From positions 180,400-244,399 of the forward strand of contig SHYK01000001.1 of NCBI GenBank assembly GCA_009692845.1: a DNA stretch of 64,000 nt, written 5' to 3'. Shown piece after piece: positions 28,315 to 37,696 of the stretch (positions within the stretch are counted from its first letter, which is position 1; each line of letters opens with the position of its first letter). This stretch comes from Chloroflexota bacterium (GTDB lineage Bacteria; Chloroflexota; UBA6077; SHYK01). The notes under the pieces are model-generated. The model saw nothing but the letters and a program-made list of their open reading frames with translations. It made no database searches and had not been told where the DNA came from. A program made the translations under genes and the position numbers.

Positions 28315-29163
28315 TCAGGACTTGAGGAAACCTGAGACCACCGAGACCCATCGCTCGGTTTGGTCCCACATGGGCCAATGGCCGCAGTTGTCGAAAGCAT
28401 GCAGCTCGGCACCCGGGATGATCTCGAACATCCGGTAGCCTCGCTCGATGACGCTCCCGTGATCGTCCTTACCCCAGCAGATCAGGGTGCGGGTTCGGTA
28501 GTTGGCCTTGATCTCGTCTGGGGTCAGCAGCCGGAGTGCTTCGGTGCTGGCGGCGTTGCGACCCTGGCGGGCTTCATAGTTGGGCCCAATGCTCATCTCA
28601 TAGCGAAGCTGGACCAGCTCGTCGGAAACGAATTCGTCGCGATGCAAAGTGCCGTGGGTAAGGGTCCGCATGTTCTCCAGCCCGGGCGTGTAGGCGTTCA
28701 AGAAGGCGCTGTGCTCCCGGGATGAGGCTTGGGCCTCCGGGGAGATGGGCACGTCGATCCCGCCACCCGCGATGACGACGACGTTAGCGACTCGAGGATC
28801 TTCCAGTCCGAGCCAGATGGCGGGTGCCACGCCGGCCGAGTTTCCGATCACCGAGTAGTGATTGAGGCCCATCTCGGTGGCGAAAGCCTTGGCGTGCTCG
28901 ATCCGGTAGCGGACTGACAGGTCGGTTGGAAAGTCGGTCAGCCCGAAGCCCGGTGCATCGGGTGCGTAGACGGTGAAGCCGGTGGCCGCGAGCGGCGCGA
29001 TGGCGGCGCCGTAGATCACCCGGGCGGCCGCACCCGGGGACCCGCCGTGCATGATCAGGATGGGATCGCCGCTGCCGACTTTGAGATAGTGAGTCTTCAG
29101 GCCGTTGATAGTGGCGTAGAGATCAGGGGCCTGGGTGATCGTGCGAGTAGCTTCCGCGACCAT
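28315..29163 (-). CDS. alpha/beta hydrolase, meta-cleavage-product (C-C bond) hydrolase type (MhpC/BphD-like)
   Basis: LIMHGGSPGAAARVIYGAAI...YAPDAPGFGLTD; nucleophile elbow GNSAG; C-terminal CGHWPMWD. Confidence 0.65.
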   Translation of the reverse strand: MVAEATRTITQAPDLYATINGLKTHYLKVGSGDPILIMHGGSPGAAARVIYGAAIAPLAATGFTVYAPDAPGFGLTDFPTDLSVRYRIEHAKAFATEMGLNHYSVIGNSAGVAPAIWLGLEDPRVANVVVIAGGGIDVPISPEAQASSREHSAFLNAYTPGLENMRTLTHGTLHRDEFVSDELVQLRYEMSIGPNYEARQGRNAASTEALRLLTPDEIKANYRTRTLICWGKDDHGSVIERGYRMFEIIPGAELHAFDNCGHWPMWDQTERWVSVVSGFLKS

Positions 29164-29253
29164 GGTTCCTCCCGAGCCGGTTGGCTCTCGAATGGCTGAT
29201 CGGACGGGCCCGACGGTCGATGGTCGGCGGGCACGGAGATCAGGGTGGGCGGT

Positions 29254-29299
29254 TAAGGAATGCGGCGGTGTCCTGGCCAGGACACCGCCGCATTCCTTA
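29254..29299. promoter_or_regulatory. 46-bp perfect palindrome (TAAGGAATGCGGCGGTGTCCTGG|CCAGGACACCGCCGCATTCCTTA) between dioxygenase and hydrolase genes
   Basis: Left arm 29254-29276 is the exact reverse complement of right arm 29277-29299. No T-run follows. Confidence 0.6.
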
Positions 29300-29335
29300 T
29301 CGACGAGGCTCTAGGGACGCGTTATCGGTCGGGGT

Positions 29336-30337
29336 TCAGCTCCACTCGGCGAAGGCCATGGCGCAACCGGTGCCGGCCGGCGAGCGGTAGCAAGGCACGT
29401 AATCCAGGTAGTCGAGATCCAGGTGCTCGGTCGCGCCGGTCAGCACGATCCAGTTGCGAATCTCGGAGTTTCCCGAATTCATGCGTTCGCGGGGCAGTTG
29501 GGACAGCTTGACAATGTCCTTGTTCTTGATCCCGTCCATCGCCATGTAGTCCAGAGGCTCATCGACCACGAAATGGCTGAGGCCGCCGGACGCGAGAATC
29601 GCGACGCGGGCCTTGGTGGGCCAGGCCTCGATGGCGCTGCGAATGGCTCGACCAAGGTCGTAGCAGCGTTTGGGGGTGGGCTGGTTGGGCGGGTAGTAGG
29701 TGTTCAACATGATCGGAACGGTAGGAATCTGCTCGCGGGTCATGAGGCGATGGTAGACGTAGCCGAAAGCGTGCCCGATCCCGCCGCCCGCCCGGTTCGG
29801 ATCGAGGAAGCTGGACCGACCCATGTCGAATTCGGACTCGATCAGGAACTCCACCAGATGTCGACCGAGGGCGGACGAAGTGGGGACCGTCTTGTCATCT
29901 GGGAAATAGCCGATCATCGGGCCCTGGTTGATGCCGCCCTGACCGCCGGCCACTTCGGAGCGGCCCTTCACCAGAACGTCGTCACCCCAGTAGACGGCCA
30001 TCGACGGCATGTTGTCGTCTCGCAGGTATTCCTGCTGGTCGTCGCCAACCATCACGAGGATGTCCGGGTTGGCTCGATAAAGGGCTTCGGAGAGCTTCTG
30101 GATCGAGCGCTGATTCTGCTCGTGGCGCTTCTTGAACACCTCGGGGGTGATCTCCTTGGCGACCGCCGCCAGGTCGTCGCGGCGCTCCAGGAGATCGTCA
30201 TAGGTGGAAACGATGCCGTCGATGCCGATCAGCCCGTTATTTCGCTTGTCGCTTTCTCCACGGAGATGCCAGTTTTCGGCGGCCATGCTTAGCTGGGGGC
30301 TGTGGGACGAACCGATGCCGAAGACAACCTGGGCCAT
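29336..30337 (-). CDS. extradiol ring-cleavage dioxygenase, class III (LigB/MhpB family)
   Basis: ATG at 30337 with GGAGGG RBS gives MAQVVFGIGSSHSPQL... (compare MhpB ...CLSHSPL...); PDILVMVGDDQ. Confidence 0.55.
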   Translation of the reverse strand: MAQVVFGIGSSHSPQLSMAAENWHLRGESDKRNNGLIGIDGIVSTYDDLLERRDDLAAVAKEITPEVFKKRHEQNQRSIQKLSEALYRANPDILVMVGDDQQEYLRDDNMPSMAVYWGDDVLVKGRSEVAGGQGGINQGPMIGYFPDDKTVPTSSALGRHLVEFLIESEFDMGRSSFLDPNRAGGGIGHAFGYVYHRLMTREQIPTVPIMLNTYYPPNQPTPKRCYDLGRAIRSAIEAWPTKARVAILASGGLSHFVVDEPLDYMAMDGIKNKDIVKLSQLPRERMNSGNSEIRNWIVLTGATEHLDLDYLDYVPCYRSPAGTGCAMAFAEWS

Positions 30338-30582
30338 GCTTTCCCTCCGAAGTTGTGCTGGTCTGGGCCAGAGGTGGCCCCGCCTCCCGGTGGCTCCCAC
30401 CGGTGCGCCTAATATAGCCCGCTTTTCAGACTACTTCCATAAGAAGGTGGGTGAGCCGCTCGTGAGCAAATCCGGCGACTGTCCCCGCACCCGTCCCAAC
30501 CGTCCAATGAGGGGCTCTGTGCTATCCTCTGCGACGCATTGGTGTTCGATCCAAAGCACGACTTCTCAGAGGAGTGACGGTT

Positions 30583-31374
30583 ATGGCAACCGCGAATGTC
30601 AACGGGATGGACATGTACTACGAGGTGCATGGAGATGGGCCGGCGATCGTGTTCGCCCATGGGGTGGGCGGCAACCATGCGAGCTGGTATCAGCAGGTTC
30701 CGTTTTTCTCTCGCTACTACAAGGTAATCACGGTCGATCAGCGAGGCTTCGGGCGCTCGGAAGACGTCAACGGCCTCGGCCGGGGTGCCTTCGTCTCGGA
30801 CGTGAAGGAGCTTCTGGATCAGCTCGGGATTGGGGAGACCTGCCTGGTGGCGCAGTCCATGGGCGGCAGCACCTGCATGGGATTCACGACGAGCTACCCA
30901 GAGCGGGTCAGCGCCCTGGTGATGGCTGACACTCTGGCCGGGATCACGATGCCCGAGCCGCTCAAGACCCAGCAGCAGCAGAATGCGGAAGCCACGCGCG
31001 ATCTTTCTCAACTCGAGCGAGTGGTTGGCAAGGGCTTCCCGGAGCGGAATCCGGCTATGGCGGAGCTCTACCTCGAGGTGGCGAGCTTCAACAAGAGCAA
31101 TGAAAACCGCTTCAACATGAGCGGATCGATGCCGCCCATCCAGATCACCTTCGACCAGGTGAAGTCGGCGGCCGAGAAGGTTCCGATGCTGTTCCTGGTG
31201 GGTGAGAATGACATCCTGCAGCCGGCCGCAATCGTCGGCGCGGCCAGCAAGATGGTGCCGAATGCCCAACTGGCGATTGTGCCGGACGCGGGTCACTCCT
31301 GCTACTGGGAGCAGCCGGACATCTTCAATTATCAGGTGCACCGCTTCCTTTCCGATGCCCTCCTGCACGAGTAG
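30583..31374 (+). CDS. alpha/beta hydrolase fold protein
   Basis: HGVGGNHASWYQQVPFFSRYYKVITVDQRGFGRS; nucleophile AQSMGG. ATG at 30583 after GAGGAG. Confidence 0.65.
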   Translation: MATANVNGMDMYYEVHGDGPAIVFAHGVGGNHASWYQQVPFFSRYYKVITVDQRGFGRSEDVNGLGRGAFVSDVKELLDQLGIGETCLVAQSMGGSTCMGFTTSYPERVSALVMADTLAGITMPEPLKTQQQQNAEATRDLSQLERVVGKGFPERNPAMAELYLEVASFNKSNENRFNMSGSMPPIQITFDQVKSAAEKVPMLFLVGENDILQPAAIVGAASKMVPNAQLAIVPDAGHSCYWEQPDIFNYQVHRFLSDALLHE

Positions 31375-31380
31375 GAAGCT

Positions 31381-32181
31381 ATGCCATCAATAGGTATCGT
31401 GGGCTGCGGCTCGATCGGCCGCTCGCTGCTTCGGGCAGCCGATAGCGGCAAGATTGGGGTTCCGGTGGCCGGCGTGAGCAGCCGGACCGAGGCGGCCGCG
31501 CGAGAGTTTCTCGCCAAGCTCGAAACGCCGGTGCCATTCCTGGAGCGGAGCGAGTTGATCGACCGGGCCGATCTCATCATCGAGACCGCCGGTGGTCATG
31601 TGGTGCCGGATCTGGCTCGCGAGACGTTCGCGGCCGGGAAGGACCTGATGGTGATCAGCATCGGTGCGCTGCTCGATCACATGGACCTCTTTGACCTGGC
31701 CCGGGAAAAGCATTGCCGGTTACTCCTCCCCTCGGGGGCGATTGCCGGACTTGACGCAGTGAAGGGGGCTTGCTCGGGGCGGGTTGACTTCGTGCGCTTG
31801 ACCAGCCGCAAGCCGGTCCGGGCGCTGCAGGGGGCGCCGTTCTTGGTGAAGAACGGGATTTCCCTGGAAGGACTTCAGGAAGAGCGGCTGTTGTACTCGG
31901 GTCCGGCTCGGGAGGCGGTGAAGGGCTTTCCGGACAACCTCAACGTTTCTGCCGCTTTGAGTCTGGCCGGGATCGGTCCCGACAAGACCCAGGTGAGCAT
32001 TTCGGCAGTGCCTGGGCTGGAGCGGAACTGCCACGACATCGACGTCGAAGGCGAATTTGGCTTGCTGCACGTCCACATCGAGAACATTCCGAGCGAGAAC
32101 CCCAAGACGGGCCGCTTGACCGCGTTATCGATGATTCGGGCGGTGCAAGACGCCGTCGACTATGTCCGGGTCGGCACCTAG
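31381..32181 (+). CDS. aspartate dehydrogenase (NadX)-family protein
   Basis: MPSIGIVGCGSIGRSLL Rossmann N-terminus; DUF108-like C-terminal region. 266 aa, typical size. Confidence 0.6.
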   Translation: MPSIGIVGCGSIGRSLLRAADSGKIGVPVAGVSSRTEAAAREFLAKLETPVPFLERSELIDRADLIIETAGGHVVPDLARETFAAGKDLMVISIGALLDHMDLFDLAREKHCRLLLPSGAIAGLDAVKGACSGRVDFVRLTSRKPVRALQGAPFLVKNGISLEGLQEERLLYSGPAREAVKGFPDNLNVSAALSLAGIGPDKTQVSISAVPGLERNCHDIDVEGEFGLLHVHIENIPSENPKTGRLTALSMIRAVQDAVDYVRVGT

Positions 32182-32222
32182 AGCATTGAATCGGAAATTG
32201 AGGGCCGTCACCCTCCCCCTCG

Positions 32223-32245
32223 CCTTCCCCGGTCGAGGGGGAGGG
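32223..32245. repeat. palindromic intergenic element copy B (CCTTCCCCGGTCGAGGGGGAGGG); terminator-like, with a second hairpin after it
   Basis: Shares the 19-nt core TCCCCGGTCGAGGGGGAGG with 26185-26206. Sits just after the aspartate-dehydrogenase gene. Confidence 0.45.
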
Positions 32246-32331
32246 AACCAAGAACTTCCTCCCGCCTTGCGGGGGAAGGTTGGCGTGGGGGGGCGCCTCC
32301 GTCGGACTGACCCAGGGCGTCGGGACGCCGT

Positions 32332-33927
32332 TTGAAGAACGTCGAGCTGATCGTCCAGATGCTCGAACAGGCGGGCGTCAAGTGGGCGTTCGGCATCCCC
32401 AGCGGCCCCGTACTGCCCCTGATCGAAGCGATGCGCGAGAGCGGGATCGAATACGTTCTCACCGCCAATGAGACTTCGGCGGGGTTCATGGCCCAGGCGG
32501 TAGGGGCGCTGACTGGAATACCCGGAGTTTGCGTGTCGACCCTGGGACCGGGCGCGACGAATATGACCACCGGCGTCGGCGCTGCCTGGCTGGATCGCTC
32601 ACCGGTGATCGCGATTACCTGCAATGTGGAGAGTCCCTGGCTGGACCGCCGCATTCAGATGCGGATCGATCACCAGGCGCTATTCCGTCCGTTGACCAAG
32701 GCGACCTATGGACTGCGACGCGGGTATGTTGCCGCGCCGTTGGCCGAGGCGCTGGCCCTGGCCTGCAGTGACCCACCGGGCCCAGTGCATCTGGATCTCC
32801 CGGAAGACGTCGGGCTGGCCGAGGCGACCGAAAGTCTGGTGGCGCCTCAAGTTAACGCTGGTCTCCCCGCGATCCCGGCCCAAACCTTCGATGAGGTCAG
32901 CGCTGCTCTAGGCAAGAGCCGCCGGCCCCTACTTGTGGCCGGACTCGGCTTGACTCGAACGTTGGACCCGCACGCGCTGGTCGAGTTCATCGAGAAGCAG
33001 GATCTCCCGTTCATCCTTACCCTCCACGCCAAGGGCTTCCTCCCGGAGAGCCACCCGAACTATTCGGGGGTCTTAGGGCGAGCCCGCCGGTCCGACGTGG
33101 CGGCCTTCGTGCGTCAGGCCGATCTGATCGTGGCGTTCGGCTACGATCCTATCGAGATCAACTATGAGGAATGGGTGAACGATCGGCCGATCGTTCACCT
33201 CAGCACGGAGCCTGCTGAGCTTGGAGCAGCCTTGAGATTCGTCGTCAACGCTGGCGGCGATCTAGACGCCGCGATCGGTGCGCTGGCCGGACTCGCCTCA
33301 CACCGGAACGACTGGCAGCCGGCTGACTTTACCAATCATCGAGGGCGGCTCGAACGGGCCTTGCGTCCGCCCGATACGGGCTTTGCCCCTTACCAGGTAT
33401 TGGACGTGCTGCGTCAGAAGCTCGGGCCCGATGCCATCTTGGCCTATGACGTGGGCGCGCACACCCACCAGATCGCTACCCAATGGCGGACGGACGTGCC
33501 GAACACTTGCAATTGCACCAATGGCTGGTCATCAATGGGGTACGGAATTCCGGCTGCCTACGCAGCCAAGCTTGTCCACCCGGACCGCACAGTTGTCGGG
33601 GTCGTGGGAGATGGCTGTTTTCAGATGACCGCCGGCGAGCTAAACGTAGGTCGACGGCTGGGGCTGGCGGTTCCCATCGTGGTGCTGAACGACGGCTGGT
33701 TGAGCCTGCTCAAAGTCAAGCAAGAGCACCGCGACTTCCCGTACTCAGGCGTGAATCTGGGCGATCCGCCCCCTTCCCCCGAGCATTACTTCGGGGTGCC
33801 TTGCCGAGAAGCGCGCTCCTTAGCGGACTTCGAAGACGCCATCGAATGGGGGCTCGGCCTAGGCGGCCCGAGCGTCATCGAGGCCTTCGTGGACCCGCGC
33901 TCCTACTCCATCACCGTCTACGACTGA
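32332..33927 (+). CDS. thiamine-diphosphate-dependent enzyme (acetolactate synthase-like fold)
   Basis: N-terminal Pyr domain ...AFGIPSGPVLPLIEAM...; C-terminal PP domain GDGCFQM...VVLNDG. 531 aa. TTG start. Confidence 0.7.
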   Translation: MKNVELIVQMLEQAGVKWAFGIPSGPVLPLIEAMRESGIEYVLTANETSAGFMAQAVGALTGIPGVCVSTLGPGATNMTTGVGAAWLDRSPVIAITCNVESPWLDRRIQMRIDHQALFRPLTKATYGLRRGYVAAPLAEALALACSDPPGPVHLDLPEDVGLAEATESLVAPQVNAGLPAIPAQTFDEVSAALGKSRRPLLVAGLGLTRTLDPHALVEFIEKQDLPFILTLHAKGFLPESHPNYSGVLGRARRSDVAAFVRQADLIVAFGYDPIEINYEEWVNDRPIVHLSTEPAELGAALRFVVNAGGDLDAAIGALAGLASHRNDWQPADFTNHRGRLERALRPPDTGFAPYQVLDVLRQKLGPDAILAYDVGAHTHQIATQWRTDVPNTCNCTNGWSSMGYGIPAAYAAKLVHPDRTVVGVVGDGCFQMTAGELNVGRRLGLAVPIVVLNDGWLSLLKVKQEHRDFPYSGVNLGDPPPSPEHYFGVPCREARSLADFEDAIEWGLGLGGPSVIEAFVDPRSYSITVYD

Positions 33928-34019
33928 CTTGTTCGTTCCCCGCGTGTTTACGGCGAAACTGTGTCGCCGGCCTCGTTGCCTGATAGCTCGCTGTCGTCCA
34001 TTTCGCTCGGCACCGCCTG

Positions 34020-34328
34020 TCAACTCAAGGGGAAAAACGTTCCTGAAGATATGCTGAGCCCGCCGACACAGAGGCTGTCCAGCGTGAATATCAGCGAAGC
34101 GGCGATAACGAGTCCCCTGGCGAATCCTAGCTGCCCTCGGTGATGAGCCCAGAACCAGAGCGGGAGAACGTAGATGAGCTGGGTGATGCCGATGAGAAAG
34201 GCCGCGTTAAGCCCCCACGCGCCCAGTTCTCCGGGCACCCAGTTCACCGCCCAGAGCAGGATGAACCAAAGCGCCAAAGTGGCCACTAGACCGCTGACGA
34301 AGCCAGCGGCTACCTCGAATTTGCCCAA
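34020..34328 (-). CDS. small hypothetical membrane protein (3 TM)
   Basis: 102 aa, three hydrophobic helices. Immediately downstream of the radical-SAM gene on the same strand. Confidence 0.35.
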   Translation of the reverse strand: MGKFEVAAGFVSGLVATLALWFILLWAVNWVPGELGAWGLNAAFLIGITQLIYVLPLWFWAHHRGQLGFARGLVIAASLIFTLDSLCVGGLSISSGTFFPLS

Positions 34329-34354
34329 TCGTGCAGCCTCTCGCGAGCCTTCGC

Positions 34355-35764
34355 TCAGCCTCCTGCAAGCCGCAGGGGCGTCAAGCGCGTCTGCTCCAGA
34401 TCCCCTCGGTAGAAGAGGTTGTAGGTGTCGAACGGGATCAGGCGGCCGTCGGGGTGGACGATGTGGATGCAGGTCTTCTTGATGGAACGGACGTCGAACG
34501 ACCAGGCATCGATGAACTGGACGATCAATACTCGAAAGACGTTGGCGTAGCTGAGATCGTCGCCAACCGAGATGTTGGGCAAACAGCGAAGGAGATCCCG
34601 CAGGCTGCCGGCTTGGGATTCGGGCGAGTGGTTCGTAGCGAACAGCTTGAATACCGCTCCCTGCAAGCTGGTGTCTTGCTCGAAGTTGATGGTGTTGCGG
34701 CCGCCTTCGATCAGCATCTCGGGTGGAATGAAGCGGGTCAGCGGAGTGGCGCTCCCATGCTGCTTCAGCGCGTAGCCCATGGCCAGGCTGTCGGGATGGC
34801 AGGGCACGGGGATCAGGTCCTCGGGGGCAAAGACGTCGGTCTGCTCCAGGATGCGGCGCCGCACCTCGGTAAGGGTGAGCCGATGGCGGGATGGATCGAA
34901 CTGGTCCAGCCGCCCGGCTGCCTGGATCGGCTGAAAGGTAACGCCTCGGACGCAGGGCTGCTCCAGGGCGAAATCCACAATCGCGCCGAGCTCGTCGTCG
35001 TTCAGCCCCCGTTTGACGGTGACGACCAGAGTGGTCGAGATGCCGAGCTGATTGCGCCGCTCGAGCGCCTGCTCGCGAATGCGGCGCATGTCGGCTCCCC
35101 GAAGCTCGACCAGTGCATCGCGCTTGAAAGAATCGAACTGGAGGTAGACCTCCAGGCCAGGCTGGTAGTCCGCCAGGCGCTCGGTGAATTCCAGGTCCTG
35201 GGCGATGCGAATGCCATTCGTGTTGACCATCAGATGCTTGATGGGCATGGTTTTGGCCAGGTCCAACACGGCGAAGAAGTCCGGATGGATCGTGGGCTCG
35301 CCGCCGGAGATCTGGACCACGTCCGGTTGGCCCTCGTTGCGGACGACGGCGTCGAGCATCCTTTCGATCTCACCGAGCGATCGAAATTTGGCGTGTTCGG
35401 GCCCGCTGCCCGCGTAACAAATGGGGCAGCGGAGATTGCAGCTATCCGTGATCTCGATGAGCGTCACGCAAGAATGCTGCTGGTGGTCCGGGCAGAGCCC
35501 GCAGTCATAGGGGCAGCCCCAGGTGATCTTGGTGTTGAATCGGCGGGGCATCTCCGTCGGCTTGATGAAGACTTCCCGGCAGCGCCGGTAGTAGTCGACG
35601 TCGTCCGCCAGCAATACCTTCTCCCAGCCGTGCTCGGGACAGCGCTTCACCATGAAGACCTTGTCGTTCTGGAAAATGATCTTGCCCTCCACCTTGCGGA
35701 AACAGGTGGAGCAAATCGAGACCGCCACGTCATAGAAGAGATAGGGGCGAATCCGGTTAGGCAC
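34355..35764 (-). CDS. radical SAM enzyme with N-terminal Cys3His zinc-ribbon-like and auxiliary Cys-cluster motifs
   Basis: CSTCFRKVEGK...KRCPEHG (C-x2-C...C-x2-H); CPYDCGLCPDHQQHSC; radical-SAM core CNLRCPICY (CxxxCxxC); glycine-rich SGGEP SAM-binding motif. 469 aa. Confidence 0.7.
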   Translation of the reverse strand: MPNRIRPYLFYDVAVSICSTCFRKVEGKIIFQNDKVFMVKRCPEHGWEKVLLADDVDYYRRCREVFIKPTEMPRRFNTKITWGCPYDCGLCPDHQQHSCVTLIEITDSCNLRCPICYAGSGPEHAKFRSLGEIERMLDAVVRNEGQPDVVQISGGEPTIHPDFFAVLDLAKTMPIKHLMVNTNGIRIAQDLEFTERLADYQPGLEVYLQFDSFKRDALVELRGADMRRIREQALERRNQLGISTTLVVTVKRGLNDDELGAIVDFALEQPCVRGVTFQPIQAAGRLDQFDPSRHRLTLTEVRRRILEQTDVFAPEDLIPVPCHPDSLAMGYALKQHGSATPLTRFIPPEMLIEGGRNTINFEQDTSLQGAVFKLFATNHSPESQAGSLRDLLRCLPNISVGDDLSYANVFRVLIVQFIDAWSFDVRSIKKTCIHIVHPDGRLIPFDTYNLFYRGDLEQTRLTPLRLAGG

Positions 35765-36509
35765 GAGCCACCTCCTTGCGGCGCTGGCTGAGCAGCTCTC
35801 GGCCCGCCCAGATCAGCATTGCCAGGGCAACCCATTGCAGGGCATTTAGACCCAATAGGGGCGCGCCAGGCTTGATGAACTCGACCCCGATGCGGAATGC
35901 GGCGTAGCCCACGATGAAGAGGCGGAACAGCGCGCCCATGCGCAGGCCCCTTCCGGCCGCCCACAGTAGGATGCCGCCCAGGGCCCAGACAAACAGCACC
36001 TCGCACAGCTGGGTGGGGTGGCGCGCAATCCCGTCTCCGAAGTCCACCGCCCAGGGTAATGAGGTGGCCAGGCCGTACGTGTGGTCACCCAATCCGGTCA
36101 GGAAGCAGCCGATCCGCCCGATCCCGATGCCCAAGGCGAGCGGAACCGCAAGTAGATCACCGGTTGGGACCGTGATGCCGCTGCGCCGCTTGACCAGCTC
36201 CACCGCGACCAAGCCGCCGGCGATCGCGCCGAGCACGCTCTTGCCGCCCATGATGTAGAAGGCATCCTGCCAGCGGAGCGCGAAATCTCCCGGATCCGAT
36301 CCCCAGTAGAGGAGCTTGCCGCCGATCGCCGCTCCGAACGCGGCCGCTGCGATTACGGTCCAGCGCTGCTCGGCCGGCAGTGGATCGCCCCACCGCGCGC
36401 GAAGAACCCGGTAGATGACGAAGCCCGCCCCGTAGGTCAGAAGCTCGAAGAGAAGATGTGGATGGATGGGGATCGGCCCAATCCAGGGATAGAGCGGGAA
36501 GGCCATCAC
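35757..36509 (-). CDS. lgt: prolipoprotein diacylglyceryl transferase (Lgt family)
   Basis: 250 aa polytopic protein; GRIGCFLTGLGDHTYG and ARHPTQLCE (compare Lgt GRxGNFINGE and RHPSQLYE). 8-nt overlap with the radical-SAM start. Confidence 0.65.
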   Translation of the reverse strand: MMAFPLYPWIGPIPIHPHLLFELLTYGAGFVIYRVLRARWGDPLPAEQRWTVIAAAAFGAAIGGKLLYWGSDPGDFALRWQDAFYIMGGKSVLGAIAGGLVAVELVKRRSGITVPTGDLLAVPLALGIGIGRIGCFLTGLGDHTYGLATSLPWAVDFGDGIARHPTQLCEVLFVWALGGILLWAAGRGLRMGALFRLFIVGYAAFRIGVEFIKPGAPLLGLNALQWVALAMLIWAGRELLSQRRKEVARA

Positions 36510-36540
36510 GCCGCCAGGGCTGCTGGGCTTCAGATGGCGG

Positions 36541-37593
36541 CTATCCCGTTGGCAAGTCGACCCGGCGGCCGTCGATGGCTGAGTGGTAGGCGGCTTCCAG
36601 GTACTCCATGTTCTTGACGCCGTCCCAGAAGGTGAAGCTCGGCTGGTCGATCTCCCCCCGAATCATGCGCACGAATTCATCTTCGATTGCCCACGGCTGA
36701 TCGTACTCAGCGGGGATCGGCATCGGCTGCAGCCCTTCGGCGCCGACCTGCGCGGCCATGATGTTGTCGCCCCGAGACCGGTAGACGACCGTACCCTGAT
36801 CTCCGTAGAGCTCGATGTGGGTGTCCCCAAACAGCACCGAGTAGTTGACGAGGTTCATGGCGATCGCACCCCCGGAGGTCTCAGCAATGACGGTCACCTC
36901 GTCGGGATAGTAATTTGTGGCGATCGGCCCGCCAGCGGTCACTGGCCGTTCGGCCACGAATTGGGCCCGCTGGGACACCACGCTGGTTGCATGGCCGGTC
37001 CAACGTGACATAACGTCGTATGACAGGCCAAGCTGCATGGCGTTGAAGGGGCCGTAGAGCTCGAGGTCATTGCGGCCACCGCTCAATGGAGCCTTGGGAT
37101 CGGCGAAGGCGGCGCTCATGTTGAAGCCGAGCACATGGTGCAGGTTGCCGAGGTAGCCGCTATCGATCAGGTGCTTCACGAACCGGCTGCCCCGGTAGAA
37201 GGGCGCGGGCGGGATAAGCATGGCGTGGATACCACGCGGTTTGACCTGGTCAGCTTTCTCAGCCATGTTGCGCGCCTCGACCGCAGAGGTGGAGATGCGA
37301 GTCTGGCAGATGACGTGCTTGCCGGCGTCGAGGGCAGCCAGCGCCGCTTCTTCGTGCAGATAGGGCGGGGTCCCGATGACCACCGCGTCGACGTTCTTGT
37401 TGTCGATCACCGCTCGGAAATCGTCTGCGACTTCGGGGATTTCGAATTGGGCGGCCACGCGCTCGGAGCTTTCTCGACGCCGGTTGGCGACGACCGTCAC
37501 CTCAACGTTCGGCAGTTTTTGGAACCCGGGTAGCAGGCGGTTGGTGGTGAAATTCCCGGCGCCGATTAGGCCGATTCGCACTTTATCTGGCAT
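36541..37593 (-). CDS. Gfo/Idh/MocA family NAD(P)-dependent oxidoreductase
   Basis: ATG at 37593 after AAGGAG gives MPDKVRIGLIGAGNFTTNRLLPGF Rossmann N-terminus. The tool ORF's N-terminal extension was rejected. Confidence 0.7.
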   Translation of the reverse strand: MPDKVRIGLIGAGNFTTNRLLPGFQKLPNVEVTVVANRRRESSERVAAQFEIPEVADDFRAVIDNKNVDAVVIGTPPYLHEEAALAALDAGKHVICQTRISTSAVEARNMAEKADQVKPRGIHAMLIPPAPFYRGSRFVKHLIDSGYLGNLHHVLGFNMSAAFADPKAPLSGGRNDLELYGPFNAMQLGLSYDVMSRWTGHATSVVSQRAQFVAERPVTAGGPIATNYYPDEVTVIAETSGGAIAMNLVNYSVLFGDTHIELYGDQGTVVYRSRGDNIMAAQVGAEGLQPMPIPAEYDQPWAIEDEFVRMIRGEIDQPSFTFWDGVKNMEYLEAAYHSAIDGRRVDLPTG

Positions 37594-37696
37594 TGTTTCG
37601 CTCCTTCGCTTTAAGTGGGGAGTGTAGGCACCGGGACACAGGGCGTCAAAGAAGGTCCCGGATATACCGGATATATTAGATAGCCATGCCCCAGAG

